This document shows positions 26,317 through 36,058 of a stretch of DNA of 64,000 nt, piece by piece (the stretch's first letter is position 1; the number at the start of each line of letters is the position of its first letter). A program made the translations under genes and the position numbers. Location: IMG/VR virus record IMGVR_UViG_3300034355_001008; one strand, given 5' to 3'. Source of the stretch: a virus (taxonomy: Duplodnaviria > Heunggongvirae > Uroviricota > Caudoviricetes). The notes under the pieces are model-generated. The model saw nothing but the letters and a program-made list of their open reading frames with translations, was not told the DNA's origin and made no database searches.

Positions 26317-26733
26317 ATGGATTTTAAAGCCATAAAAGAGCTTAGATTAGAGAATTCTTTACAGGATATTGAAGTAACAGAAGAATTTGAACAAATCGAC
26401 GAAATTAGTAATTACGATCAAGTTGTTACATATTATAGACATCTAAAATTAGATCCATATAAATTGCGCGGGGTTGCTGGATCTAGGCTTCGTGAAAGAA
26501 TTAAAAACTCTCCTGCATTTAAAGCATGGCTTCAATTAAAAGCGCATAATGTAGAAAGTGTTGAAAGTAATTCAACAAAAACATTAATTGAAACTATTAA
26601 AGATGCTAAGAAAGATAGTGTTGGAAAAAAAGCAAAAGTTACTTTTTATGGTTATCCAGGTAAAGATGCTAAAATGAGTAATACCGATTTAGAACAGGCT
26701 AATACTCCAAATAATTACCTTAACCAAAATTAA
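26317..26733 (+). CDS. hypothetical protein
   Basis: 138-aa ORF with RBS AGGAGAAG. Confidence 0.45.
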   Translation: MDFKAIKELRLENSLQDIEVTEEFEQIDEISNYDQVVTYYRHLKLDPYKLRGVAGSRLRERIKNSPAFKAWLQLKAHNVESVESNSTKTLIETIKDAKKDSVGKKAKVTFYGYPGKDAKMSNTDLEQANTPNNYLNQN

Positions 26734-26749
26734 AAATAATATTATAATT

Positions 26750-27133
26750 ATGGATGACTTGACTGAAGATAATTTTTTATTATTTGCCGCAAAACATTAT
26801 TATTCTGTGCATTATTCTATGACTGAATTTAATTCCGATTTAAAAAGAATAATTTACATTAAACGATTGTTAAAGAAATATAAAAAATCCGGCGAATTAG
26901 CTGAACGGTTAATTTTAAATCATTTAATATTATTATATAACGTTTTTGAACCAACTATAGCTGTAAATAAAATGTTATTTTTTAAATTAGATGATAATTG
27001 CTATAGTGCATTAAAAACGTTTTTAGTTTATCTAAATAGAATGCCTACAGAAATTTTGTATGATGGAACTAAATTAATTTCCTCTGATATTCCTTTAGAT
27101 ATGGAAATCGCAAAAATATTAAGAGAATTATGA
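26750..27133 (+). CDS. hypothetical protein
   Basis: 127-aa ORF. Confidence 0.4.
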   Translation: MDDLTEDNFLLFAAKHYYSVHYSMTEFNSDLKRIIYIKRLLKKYKKSGELAERLILNHLILLYNVFEPTIAVNKMLFFKLDDNCYSALKTFLVYLNRMPTEILYDGTKLISSDIPLDMEIAKILREL

Positions 27134-27307
27134 AAACATTTAAACAATTTTTAGAAGAAGATGGAGAAGGTGCTCCTGCTGCGGTTAGTACCGCTCCAAC
27201 TAATACTACAAATGGTATAGCAGGACTTAAAGATCCTGGAGTAAGAGTGCCAAGAAAAAAACAATCTCCAGTTATGACTGGAACTCCAATAACAAGGGCA
27301 GGATAAA

Positions 27308-27832
27308 ATGGATAATAAATATAAAAATAAATTAACTTCTATTATTGAAGATTGCGGTTTTAATAGAACACGTAAAGCTAATCAAAAAGAAATAGAACAA
27401 GCTTTATTTGAAGCTACAAAACCTGGATATCCGCCTGAAGAAGCTCAAGATCCAAGTTCAAAAGAAGGAATTTCCAATGCAATTGCTTCTGAATTTTTTG
27501 CTCGTTGTAGAGCTCTAGCTACAACTACTCATTTTGCTCATTTAAGTACAGATTCTTTTTCGGAACATTCTGCTCTAACAACTTTTTATGAAGAAATTGT
27601 TGAAACTGTAGATAAATTCTGTGAAGCTTATATTGGATTATATGGTAAATTTATTAGTTTGCCTCCAATTGCTGCTGAAATGAAAATCGCAGTTGATGCT
27701 ATTATAGAATTTAGGGATTGGATTTCTAAAAATAGAGGATTAATTACTGATGATACTTCTATGCAAAATATAATTGACGAATCTGTTGAATTATGCAATA
27801 CTACAATTTATAAATTACAAAAATTGAAATAA
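27308..27832 (+). CDS. hypothetical protein
   Basis: 174-aa ORF with RBS AGGGCAGGA. Confidence 0.45.
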   Translation: MDNKYKNKLTSIIEDCGFNRTRKANQKEIEQALFEATKPGYPPEEAQDPSSKEGISNAIASEFFARCRALATTTHFAHLSTDSFSEHSALTTFYEEIVETVDKFCEAYIGLYGKFISLPPIAAEMKIAVDAIIEFRDWISKNRGLITDDTSMQNIIDESVELCNTTIYKLQKLK

Positions 27833-27844
27833 CTGGTATTTGTT

Positions 27845-28036
27845 ATGATGACTGTCAAAGAGGCAACCCCGATGATCCATTATAATAATTATAACGATAA
27901 AGAAATATTATCAAAAAGTAATATAGCAAAAAGACTTAACTTATTGCGATCTTTAGAAAATTATTCTCATAAACTAGATAAATTACTTGAACAAACATCA
28001 AAAATAGAAGATATTTCCCTAAAGGTGGGCAGATAA
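27845..28036 (+). CDS. hypothetical small protein
   Basis: 63-aa ORF. Confidence 0.3.
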   Translation: MMTVKEATPMIHYNNYNDKEILSKSNIAKRLNLLRSLENYSHKLDKLLEQTSKIEDISLKVGR

Positions 28037-28494
28037 TGGCAGATAATTCAACGTTGCATGATGTAAAAGTCGAAACGTTATCGGAATTAAAAGTTGAAGT
28101 TGCAGTCTTAAAACAAGAAGTCGGATTTATTAATAGGCTTTTTAGTAGAATCGAAGACGTAATTGATAAAATCGATACTCAACATGCAGCAGTATTAGAT
28201 AAAACTACGAAAATAGAATATAACCTTCTTAATACTAAAGATGAATTAGAAGATTTATATAAAATATTAGAAGACTCTGAGAAAAATATTTCAAGTAGAA
28301 TTAATGCTATTGAGAAGTTATTAACAGAGGAAATTAATTCTATGAATAAAACTTTAACTGATAGAGTTGATAAAAATGAAGCCAAAACTGTAGACCTATT
28401 ACAATACAAATGGTTATTGTGGGGCGGCGGTGTAGTTGTTTTATGGATATTTTCAAATATTGATATGCTCAAAAAATTATTTGTAATAAAATAA
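28036..28494 (+). CDS. coiled-coil protein with C-terminal transmembrane anchor
   Basis: Heptad-rich sequence with C-terminal WLLWGGGVVVLWIFSNIDML. Followed by a terminator. Confidence 0.45.
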   Translation: MADNSTLHDVKVETLSELKVEVAVLKQEVGFINRLFSRIEDVIDKIDTQHAAVLDKTTKIEYNLLNTKDELEDLYKILEDSEKNISSRINAIEKLLTEEINSMNKTLTDRVDKNEAKTVDLLQYKWLLWGGGVVVLWIFSNIDMLKKLFVIK

Positions 28495-28527
28495 TGCTTT
28501 ACTTTTTTATCTTTTCGTAGTATAATA

Positions 28528-28556
28528 AGCCTGAATATAAACTTCAGGCTTTTTTA
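28528..28556 (+). terminator. rho-independent terminator (AGCCTGAA…TTCAGGCT + T5)
   Basis: 8-bp stem, 6-nt loop, TTTTT. Directly precedes the primase ATG. Confidence 0.7.
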
Positions 28557-28558
28557 TA

Positions 28559-29560
28559 ATGAGCATTTGGATAGATAGAAAATACATTTTAATGTTATCA
28601 CCTAAGTTGGAACTCTTTAAACAAAAGAATACCAACCTATATACCATGCGTTGCCCATATTGCGGCGACTCTCAAAAAATGAAATCAAAAACTCGTGGAT
28701 TCGTTTATGCAAAAAACGATAATTATTTCTACACGTGTTTTAATTGCGATAAAGGAACAACTCTTAGATCTTTGCTTGGTTATCTAGATCCTCACCTAGA
28801 ACAAGAATATATCATGGAAAATTTCCAGGAAAAATTTACTGGAAAGAAAAATAATTCTATTGATAAACCTGCAATTCCAAAATTTAAAATTCAAGATAAA
28901 AAAATAGATTTACCTACTATTGCTGATTTAGATGATAGTCATATTGCTAAAAAGTATATCTTAGATCGCAAAATACCAGAAAAATATCTTAAATATCTAT
29001 TTTTTACTGATGATTTTAAAGCTTTTGTTGAATCCGTTTCTGATAAAAAACTTGATCAAACTGGTCCAAGGGTAATCATTCCATTTTATTCTAGATCTGG
29101 TGATTTAGTTGCATTTCAGGGAAGAGCTCTTGATAGTTATTCCATGAGATATATAACAGTAAAGATTGACAGGGAACAAGAAAAGATTTTTGGGCTGGAT
29201 AAAGTTGATCCAATGAAGCTGATTTATGTTGTAGAAGGTCCATTCGATTCTTTATTCCTACCAAACGCGATCGCAACTGCAGACTCAAATTTGGCCGCTG
29301 CAGCTAATGTGTTTGATAAGAGTAAGTTGATACTAATCCCTGACTGCGAGCCTAGAAACGCGAATATCGTTAAAAATATCGGGAAGTTTATTAAGAATGG
29401 GTTCTCTGTTTGTTTATTACCAGAATCATTTGGAGTTAAGGATATTAATGATGCAATAAAAAATGGCTTGACGCAGGAGGAATTATTAGTTATAATAAGT
29501 AATAACACCTTCTCTGGGTTACGAGCTGAACTGGAATACTTAAATTGGAAGAAAATATGA
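28559..29560 (+). CDS. 61: DNA primase gp61
   Basis: Zinc ribbon RCPYCGDSQKMKSKTRGFVY…CFNCD (T4: RCPVCGDSKTDQNKARGWYY). YITVKIDREQEKIFG and VEGPFDSLF align with T4 gp61 (YITIEAYPEATKIYG, LEGPIDSLF). Confidence 0.85.
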   Translation: MSIWIDRKYILMLSPKLELFKQKNTNLYTMRCPYCGDSQKMKSKTRGFVYAKNDNYFYTCFNCDKGTTLRSLLGYLDPHLEQEYIMENFQEKFTGKKNNSIDKPAIPKFKIQDKKIDLPTIADLDDSHIAKKYILDRKIPEKYLKYLFFTDDFKAFVESVSDKKLDQTGPRVIIPFYSRSGDLVAFQGRALDSYSMRYITVKIDREQEKIFGLDKVDPMKLIYVVEGPFDSLFLPNAIATADSNLAAAANVFDKSKLILIPDCEPRNANIVKNIGKFIKNGFSVCLLPESFGVKDINDAIKNGLTQEELLVIISNNTFSGLRAELEYLNWKKI

Positions 29561-29739
29561 CAACTAAAATAGAAAAAATTAATGCTAGCGAAGATGGAAA
29601 TACGAAATTCCTTATTGATGGTCTAGAATACATGAGAGTTAGTGGCATTTGGTTTAGATGGGATAAATATCAGGTAAAATATATTCCCGAAGATAGACCG
29701 GAATTAGAAAGTTTATATTTGGAGACTTTTGGAAAATGA
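29545..29739 (+). CDS. hypothetical small protein
   Basis: 64-aa ORF that overlaps both neighbouring genes. Confidence 0.3.
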   Translation: MEENMTTKIEKINASEDGNTKFLIDGLEYMRVSGIWFRWDKYQVKYIPEDRPELESLYLETFGK

Positions 29740-30602
29740 TTACAGCTAAAATGATTGCAGATTCTTATTACGATTTTGATAATAGAATTTGTACTTTACA
29801 ATTAAAATACCCTAGATTTATTCATGCAGAATTTATGACACATCGAGTATTTTCTAGATCTGCATCTAGTTCTAGAGCAATTCCAATTAGTAAAATTATT
29901 TCTCAAGTTTGGAATGACCCAGCTATGCCGGTTTACTGGGGAGCTAATGTTTCTGGAATGCAAGCTAATGAAGAATTAACTGGATGGAAATTATCTGCTG
30001 CTAAATTTATTTGGAAAACTTCAGCTAAAGTTGCTTGTATTTTTGCTTATGGATTTGATAAAATTGGATTACATAAACAAATTGGTAATAGAATTTTAGA
30101 GCCATGGCAATATATTAATGTTATTGTTACTTCAACAGAATGGGATAACTTTTTTGATTTAAGAATTCATCCGGATGCTCAGCCTGAGATTCAAACTCTA
30201 GCTAAAGCAATCTATGATGCTATTGAATCCAGTGAATCTGTTGAAAGAGAACATGCTGAGTGGCATTTACCGTACATTACTGATGAAGAACGTAAATATT
30301 ATGATGAAGAAGATTTATTAAAAGCTTCAACAGCTCGTTGTGCTAGAGTTAGTTACAGCAATCATGATGGTAGTGCTGCTAATTTAGCAAATGATATTAT
30401 ATTACACGATAGATTGGTTGGTTCGGTTCCAATTCATGCTAGTCCAGCTGAACATCAAGCAACTCCAGGAGATCCATCATATTGGTATCGTAACTTTAGA
30501 GGCTGGATACAGTATCGCGATAGAGTAGAGCAAAAATTAAATAAATTTAATGCAGAGGATCACCAATATGAGTTCCAGCTTGAATTACATAACAGCTATT
30601 AA
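29736..30602 (+). CDS. thyX: flavin-dependent thymidylate synthase ThyX
   Basis: ThyX signature RHRxxSxxxxSxR is present as MTHRVFSRSASSSRAIP. 288 aa. Confidence 0.85.
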   Translation: MITAKMIADSYYDFDNRICTLQLKYPRFIHAEFMTHRVFSRSASSSRAIPISKIISQVWNDPAMPVYWGANVSGMQANEELTGWKLSAAKFIWKTSAKVACIFAYGFDKIGLHKQIGNRILEPWQYINVIVTSTEWDNFFDLRIHPDAQPEIQTLAKAIYDAIESSESVEREHAEWHLPYITDEERKYYDEEDLLKASTARCARVSYSNHDGSAANLANDIILHDRLVGSVPIHASPAEHQATPGDPSYWYRNFRGWIQYRDRVEQKLNKFNAEDHQYEFQLELHNSY

Positions 30603-30792
30603 TGTTCAAAAACAATATTATTATGATTTAAATTTTAAATCTGATTTAGATCAAAAAATGGTTGAACAACAAGAGTTTAAACAAGTTCAATTACAAAATA
30701 AATGTCATAATGATAATTTAGTGTACGATCCATATTGGATTAATGGAGTAAATTATCATGCATCATTAAGTAAACACAATTATATTAGATAG
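30550..30792 (+). CDS. hypothetical protein (start uncertain; overlaps thyX 3' end)
   Basis: 80-aa ORF; the true start may be an internal Met. Confidence 0.25.
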   Translation: MQRITNMSSSLNYITAINVQKQYYYDLNFKSDLDQKMVEQQEFKQVQLQNKCHNDNLVYDPYWINGVNYHASLSKHNYIR

Positions 30793-30800
30793 AGGAAATT

Positions 30801-31211
30801 ATGAGTAAAGTTGAATTAAAAGATTATGAAGCATTTGTCCAATCAACAATTTCACAACCATCATCAATTTTTGGTATTCTGGAATCAAGGTTGAGCGAAT
30901 TGGATGGTAATAAATTAGGAATTTTAATTCCTGAATTATTAACTGCTTCTTTTGGTTTAACTGCTGAGGCAGGTGAATTTACTGAAGTTGTTAAGAAAAT
31001 CGTATTTCAAGGTAAACCGCTAGATGAAGATAATATCTTTCACTTGAAGCGCGAATTAGGTGATATTTTATGGTATGTAGTTGTTGCTTGTAATGCATTA
31101 AATATTACGTTAGAAGATGCTATTGTAATGAATGTCGAGAAGTTATCCGCTAGATATCCGCAAGGTTTTGATATTATTAAATCAGAAGTTAGACAAGAAG
31201 GTGACGTGTAA
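30801..31211 (+). CDS. mazG: MazG-like nucleoside triphosphate pyrophosphohydrolase
   Basis: EAGEFTE…ELGDILWYVVVACNALNI gives EExxE / E…D MazG motifs. 136 aa. Confidence 0.75.
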   Translation: MSKVELKDYEAFVQSTISQPSSIFGILESRLSELDGNKLGILIPELLTASFGLTAEAGEFTEVVKKIVFQGKPLDEDNIFHLKRELGDILWYVVVACNALNITLEDAIVMNVEKLSARYPQGFDIIKSEVRQEGDV

Positions 31212-31393
31212 TGGGTAGAGCAATTATTGAAGCAGGTTTTGTTTTAATATTGTATTTTTTGATTATCGGAATTGTTTGCCCGTATCTAGTTTCGGCTAGA
31301 GATGACATTGAAGTAATTTCCGGTTTTGTTTTAATTGTATTAACTGCTGCAACAGTACCATCTGTTGTAAAATATATTTTTAGAGGTGTGTGA
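31211..31393 (+). CDS. small membrane protein (2 TM)
   Basis: 60 aa, two hydrophobic helices. Possible partner of the downstream SPFH protein. Confidence 0.35.
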   Translation: MGRAIIEAGFVLILYFLIIGIVCPYLVSARDDIEVISGFVLIVLTAATVPSVVKYIFRGV

Positions 31394-31589
31394 TATGTTA
31401 ATTGAAAATGTTGAGATGTTTGTTGATAAAGATACGTTTGCGCCGAAAGCTAGAGTTACTCTTATTTTGGATATTGAATCATTAATGGATGCTACTGCAG
31501 TATTACCTAGAGAACAATTAGCCGAAATGTTTTTAAGTAAATGGGAAACGGCTTATGCTGATTATAAGAAAAAAATGATTGGAGAATAA
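31386..31589 (+). CDS. hypothetical small protein
   Basis: 67-aa ORF. Confidence 0.3.
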   Translation: MCDMLIENVEMFVDKDTFAPKARVTLILDIESLMDATAVLPREQLAEMFLSKWETAYADYKKKMIGE

Positions 31590-31591
31590 AA

Positions 31592-32437
31592 GTGAAAAAA
31601 TTATTATGGTTGTTAGTGATTCTATTCCTTGTTGCTTGTTCTAATGTTCCTCCAGGTTATACTGGAATTAAGGTATTTTTAAATGGCGGTGACAAGGGCG
31701 TGGATAGTCAAGTATTAGGCGTTGGGCGTTACTGGATCGGTGTTAATGAAGACTTATTCTTATTCCCAACATTTACGCAAAACCATGTTTGGACCAAAGC
31801 TTCTACTGAAGGTAGCCCAAATGATGATTCGTTTACATTTCAAACCAGACAAGGTTTAACTGTAAATACTGATGTTGGTATTAGTTATCATATCGAACCA
31901 GATAAAGTGACTGATATTTTTCAGAAATATCGCAAAGGCGTTAGTGAAATTACTCATGTTGTATTACGCAATAGCGTGAGAGATGCGTTTAACAAAGCTG
32001 CTTCATCTAGAGATATTGAATCTGTTTATGGTGAGGGTAAAAGTGCTTTAATTGATGATGTAACTACTCTTGTTCGTCATGATATGGATTCAGTTGGTAT
32101 TAAAATAGAAAGCATTTATTTGGTTGGCGATATGCGTTTACCTGAATCTATTGTTGAATCTATTAATGCTAAAATTCAAGCATTACAAAAAACTCAACAA
32201 CGAGAAAATGAAGTAGCGCAATCAAAAGCTGAGGCAGATAAAACTATTGCTGAAGCTCGAGGTGTAGCTGAATCTAAGATTGCTATTGCTAAAGCAGAAG
32301 CTGAGGCGATTGAAATTAAAGGTGCTGCATTGAGAAATAACCCAAGCGTGCTTGAGCTAAATAAAATCGATAAATGGAATGGTGAATTGCCTCAGTATAT
32401 GACTGGACCAGTTCCAATGTTAAATTTTACAAAATAA
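31592..32437 (+). CDS. SPFH/band-7 (prohibitin-like) lipoprotein
   Basis: Signal peptide plus lipobox LLVILFLVAC, SPFH-like core, and C-terminal coiled-coil rich in A/E/K (QQRENEVAQSKAEADKTIAEARG…). Confidence 0.65.
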   Translation: MKKLLWLLVILFLVACSNVPPGYTGIKVFLNGGDKGVDSQVLGVGRYWIGVNEDLFLFPTFTQNHVWTKASTEGSPNDDSFTFQTRQGLTVNTDVGISYHIEPDKVTDIFQKYRKGVSEITHVVLRNSVRDAFNKAASSRDIESVYGEGKSALIDDVTTLVRHDMDSVGIKIESIYLVGDMRLPESIVESINAKIQALQKTQQRENEVAQSKAEADKTIAEARGVAESKIAIAKAEAEAIEIKGAALRNNPSVLELNKIDKWNGELPQYMTGPVPMLNFTK

Positions 32438-32510
32438 AACTTTATAATTAGTATATGGATAATGAGTTGCAGGGATGCAACTATTTTAATTTTTATTGAA
32501 AAGGACTAAT

Positions 32511-33500
32511 ATGGCTATTAGATTACTGACGCCAAAGGAAACATACACTGTTGATTACCCAGTGGCGATTGAATTTGCTAGAAAACAGCAAGAAATTATG
32601 TGGTTTGATTTTGAAATTGAGGTCGAAAAAGACCTACATGATATAAGAACTAATTTTAACGAAGCGGAACTCTATGGATTGACTTCTACTTTAAAATTAT
32701 TTACCAAATATGAAATTTCAGTTAATGAATACTGGAAAAATTATGTTGCTCAGGTGTTTCCGAGACCTGATATTCAAAGAATGGCTGATGCCTTTGCTTT
32801 TATGGAAACTAATGTTCATGCTCCTTTTTATAATAAAATTAATCAAGTTTTAGGTTTAGATACTGATGAATTTTACTTATCATATCTAGATGATGAAGTT
32901 TTAGTTAATAGAATGAAATGGATCGGTAAACGTTTATCGAAAAGAGAAACTTTAATGGATAAATTAAAATCTGTTGGAATTTTCTCTATGGTTGAAGGAG
33001 CTGTTTTATTTGGCCAGTTTGCTTTTATTAAACATTTTAATTCAAATGGTAAAAATAAAGCAATTAATGTAAATGCTGGAATTAACTTTTCCGCTATTGA
33101 TGAATCTTTACATTCGCAAGGCGGTGCTTGGTTATTTAGAACGTTATTAGCTGAAGCAAAAGTTGATGGACAATTTAGCGAAGAAGATGAATTGCATTTA
33201 CGTTCTGAATTAGAGGAAACTGCTCGAGTAATTAGAGAACATGATGGATTTATTAATGGTAAAACTTTTGAAAAAGGTCATATTAAAGGTGTTACAGAAA
33301 CTCAGTTAAATAATTTCACTGAATCTAGATTAGACATGTGTTTAAAACAATTAGGTTATAAATCTATTTTTAAACCGTCGTGGAATCCAATTGCAGAATG
33401 GTTTTATAAAGACTTAGAATCAACTACACTACACGATTTCTTTAGTTCGACTGGTAGTGACTACAACCGCAACTGGAAAGAGGCAAGATTTGTATGGTAA
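32511..33500 (+). CDS. nrdB: ribonucleotide reductase small subunit (NrdB-like, ferritin fold)
   Basis: Ferritin-like E…H motifs (FMETNVHA, IDESLHSQ) and an aromatic-rich helical layout. Precedes nrdA with a 7-nt overlap. Start taken at ATG 32511; the ORF track used TTG 32496. Confidence 0.55.
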   Translation: MAIRLLTPKETYTVDYPVAIEFARKQQEIMWFDFEIEVEKDLHDIRTNFNEAELYGLTSTLKLFTKYEISVNEYWKNYVAQVFPRPDIQRMADAFAFMETNVHAPFYNKINQVLGLDTDEFYLSYLDDEVLVNRMKWIGKRLSKRETLMDKLKSVGIFSMVEGAVLFGQFAFIKHFNSNGKNKAINVNAGINFSAIDESLHSQGGAWLFRTLLAEAKVDGQFSEEDELHLRSELEETARVIREHDGFINGKTFEKGHIKGVTETQLNNFTESRLDMCLKQLGYKSIFKPSWNPIAEWFYKDLESTTLHDFFSSTGSDYNRNWKEARFVW

Positions 33501-35203
33501 AGCAAGAAAAATCAATTTATGATGAATTGAGTGATGAGAGAAAAGAGTTACAAGAAACTGGTCAACTGCCTGCATGGTGCACAACTATTGCTTGGCAAAT
33601 GCTTAAGGAGAAAAACCTTTCTGCTGAGTGTCCAGATTTAAAATCAGTTTATAATCGAATAACTAAACATGCTGCAAAATATACTCCAAATCCTGATGAA
33701 TGGCAACCTAAATTTTTTGAATTATTATGGAATGGTTGGTTGGCTGCCTCTACTCCAGTTTTATCTAATATGGGAACTGGATTTGGTTGTCCTGTTAGTT
33801 GTTCTGGAGGAGAAATTCCAGATAGCGTTTTTGGATTCTATGGAGCTCAACAAGAGGCTGCTGTATTAAGTAAAAATGGTTTCGGTACTAGTGGCTACCT
33901 AGGAAAGATTAGACACCGTGGAGCTCCTATCAAGGGCGTTAAAGGAGGAGCTTCAGGCGTTCTCCCAGTCTTTAAAGATTTTATTCAAATGTCCAGAGAT
34001 ATTTCTCAAGGTAGTCAACGTCGCGGAGCTTGGGCTGGGTATATTGAAATTGATCATCCAGATTTTTATGAGATTGTAAATTTTATTAGCAAAAACCCCG
34101 ATGATGCAAATCTTGGATGGGTTGTTACTGATGAATTTATTGCTCGATTAGATGCTAATGATAATGAAGCCACATTACGTTATCAATTAGCATTAAAAAC
34201 TAAAATGATTACTGGAAAAGGATATTTCTTTTTTGTTGATCGAGTTAATAATCTTAGTCCTCAAATGTATAAAGATAAAGGATTAAGAGTAAATGCATCT
34301 AATCTCTGTACGGAGATCGCTTTACACTCCAGCGAAGATTATACATTTAGCTGCGTTTTATCCTCGATGAATGCTTCACTTTATGATGAGTGGAAAGATA
34401 CTGACGCAGTATTTAATGCAACAGTATTCCTAGATTGTGTTAATCAAGATTTAATTGAAATCGGTAAAACACAACCTGGAATGGAAAAAGTTGTTGCTTT
34501 TGCTACAGCATCTAGAGCTCTTGGTTTGGGTATGCTTGGGTTCCATACATATTTACAAGACCATAATATTCCATTTGAATCAATGGACGCTTATTATAAA
34601 AATACTGAGATCTTTAAACATTTAGATGTGGAATCATTACGAGCATCTAAATGGATGGCAGAAAATTGGGGTGAACCGGAATGGTGTGTAGGTTATGGTG
34701 TAAGAAATACTCATCGAGTTGCTATTGCTCCAAATCTCAGTTCAGCTTTAATCTGTGGTTCTGTTAGTCAGGGAATTGAACCAATTTATAAAAATGCTTA
34801 TGTTCAAAATACCTCTGCTGGTAAAATGGATCGCGTTAACCCATCATTATTAACAGTGATGAAAAACAAAGGCGTTTATACAGATGCAGTGGTTAAAGAC
34901 ATTATAAGTAATAACGGTTCAGTTCAACATGTTACTTGGTTAGATGATAATGAAAAAGCAGTATTTAAAACAGCTTTTGAGATTGATCAAAAACAAATTG
35001 TTAGATTAGCATCAGCTCGTCAACGTTATATTGATCAAGCTCAAAGCATTAATTTCTTCTTTTCAGCTGATGAAGATGAAGAATATATTAGCGAAGTTCA
35101 TAAATTGGCATTTAAAGATCCATGGATTAAATCATTGTATTATGTTAGATCTGAAAATGGAGTAAATGTTACTAAAGGTGAATGTGTTGCTTGTCACGGT
35201 TAA
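33494..35203 (+). CDS. nrdA: ribonucleotide reductase large subunit NrdA (class I, no ATP cone)
   Basis: NLCTEIAL with the radical Cys, VSCSGGEI, and a C-terminal CVACHG redox pair. 569 aa, so about 150-190 N-terminal residues are missing relative to E. coli NrdA. Confidence 0.75.
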   Translation: MVKQEKSIYDELSDERKELQETGQLPAWCTTIAWQMLKEKNLSAECPDLKSVYNRITKHAAKYTPNPDEWQPKFFELLWNGWLAASTPVLSNMGTGFGCPVSCSGGEIPDSVFGFYGAQQEAAVLSKNGFGTSGYLGKIRHRGAPIKGVKGGASGVLPVFKDFIQMSRDISQGSQRRGAWAGYIEIDHPDFYEIVNFISKNPDDANLGWVVTDEFIARLDANDNEATLRYQLALKTKMITGKGYFFFVDRVNNLSPQMYKDKGLRVNASNLCTEIALHSSEDYTFSCVLSSMNASLYDEWKDTDAVFNATVFLDCVNQDLIEIGKTQPGMEKVVAFATASRALGLGMLGFHTYLQDHNIPFESMDAYYKNTEIFKHLDVESLRASKWMAENWGEPEWCVGYGVRNTHRVAIAPNLSSALICGSVSQGIEPIYKNAYVQNTSAGKMDRVNPSLLTVMKNKGVYTDAVVKDIISNNGSVQHVTWLDDNEKAVFKTAFEIDQKQIVRLASARQRYIDQAQSINFFFSADEDEEYISEVHKLAFKDPWIKSLYYVRSENGVNVTKGECVACHG

Positions 35204-35212
35204 GGAATTATT

Positions 35213-35542
35213 ATGGCTAAATTAAGTAAATTGGTTTTTACGCTTTCTGATAAAAAAGAATTAATTTTATCTAATCATGATGCATTAGAATTGTATAATG
35301 AGTTGCATAAAATTTTCGACGGAAAATTATCTATTGGAGAAAAATCTACTGTTATTACAGAAAGCGTAGGCGTTGGTCCTATAGGAGGAGTGGGCGGAGG
35401 AGTTCAACCTCCATGGTATCCAAATGATAACTCTTATGTTAAATTTGAAGGAGATACAATTACATTACCTAATTCTATTGATGAACACCCATATGATTGG
35501 ACTTCAGCTCCGCCTGCTAAAAAATACTGTCAATGCAGTTAA
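35213..35542 (+). CDS. hypothetical protein
   Basis: 109-aa ORF with a Gly-rich centre (GVGPIGGVGGGVQPP). Confidence 0.4.
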   Translation: MAKLSKLVFTLSDKKELILSNHDALELYNELHKIFDGKLSIGEKSTVITESVGVGPIGGVGGGVQPPWYPNDNSYVKFEGDTITLPNSIDEHPYDWTSAPPAKKYCQCS

Positions 35543-35578
35543 ATGCTAAATAAGGTAAGAAAACTAAATTTCATTGCT

Positions 35579-35612
35579 TTACTGGGGTTATTTTTAATCC
35601 CAGTAATTTTTA
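35579..35612 (+). terminator. rho-independent terminator (TTACTGGGG…CCCAGTAA + T5)
   Basis: 8-9-bp inverted repeat with an AT loop, followed by TTTTT. Confidence 0.6.
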
Positions 35613-35660
35613 CAACAACTATTTTTTATTATGCTCTACTGTTGATAATAGGATTATACT

Positions 35661-35843
35661 ATGCCATTACGCGATTACGAATGCCCAAGCTGTAAACAAG
35701 TTTGGGAAGAATTAAGAAAAGACCAATCTGACCCTCTAAACTGTAAATATTGTGCAGCTGAATCTCCTAAAAGATTAATCGCTCGTACTAATTTTGCGTT
35801 AAAGGGTAATGGATGGTATAAAACAGACTTTAAACATAAATAA
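35661..35843 (+). CDS. FmdB-family zinc-ribbon protein
   Basis: MPLRDYECPSCKQVWE…CKYCAAE…LKGNGWYKTDFK matches the FmdB pattern (YEYRC..C……CP.CG…F.LKGSGWY.TDFK). Confidence 0.65.
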   Translation: MPLRDYECPSCKQVWEELRKDQSDPLNCKYCAAESPKRLIARTNFALKGNGWYKTDFKHK

Positions 35844-35862
35844 AAAGAGGACAAGGAAGTCT

Positions 35863-36018
35863 ATGATAACAAAAATAACTTGTTTTGAATGCGACTCAGA
35901 ATATCAAATTCACTCTCAACAGGGATGCCTTACCGATGATATTAGGTATTGTATTGTTTGTGGTAGTGAAATTGAAACGGAAATTGATGACGAAGAAGAA
36001 ATTGAAGACGAAGAATAA
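35863..36018 (+). CDS. small zinc-ribbon protein with acidic tail
   Basis: CFECD…CIVCGSE (CxxC…CxxC) followed by DDEEEIEDEE. ATG 35863 preferred for its RBS (AAGGAAG). Confidence 0.4.
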   Translation: MITKITCFECDSEYQIHSQQGCLTDDIRYCIVCGSEIETEIDDEEEIEDEE

Positions 36019-36058
36019 CCCTAAGTAAAGTTATCTTAACTTGAACAGGTAAAAATCA

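Noticed and set aside
8613-29508. Small embedded ORFs (8613-8795 -, 13779-14012 +, 14668-15069 -, 15400-15711 -, 15985-16191 +, 19011-19193 -, 23054-23278 -, 26064-26279 -, 28179-28472 -, 29091-29288 -, 29224-29508 -, 33669-33869 +, 37281-37529 -, 37447-37656 +)
   Set aside because: Each lies wholly within a larger ORF that has motif-level support (dCMP deaminase, helicase, GTs, ligase, primase, NrdA and others).
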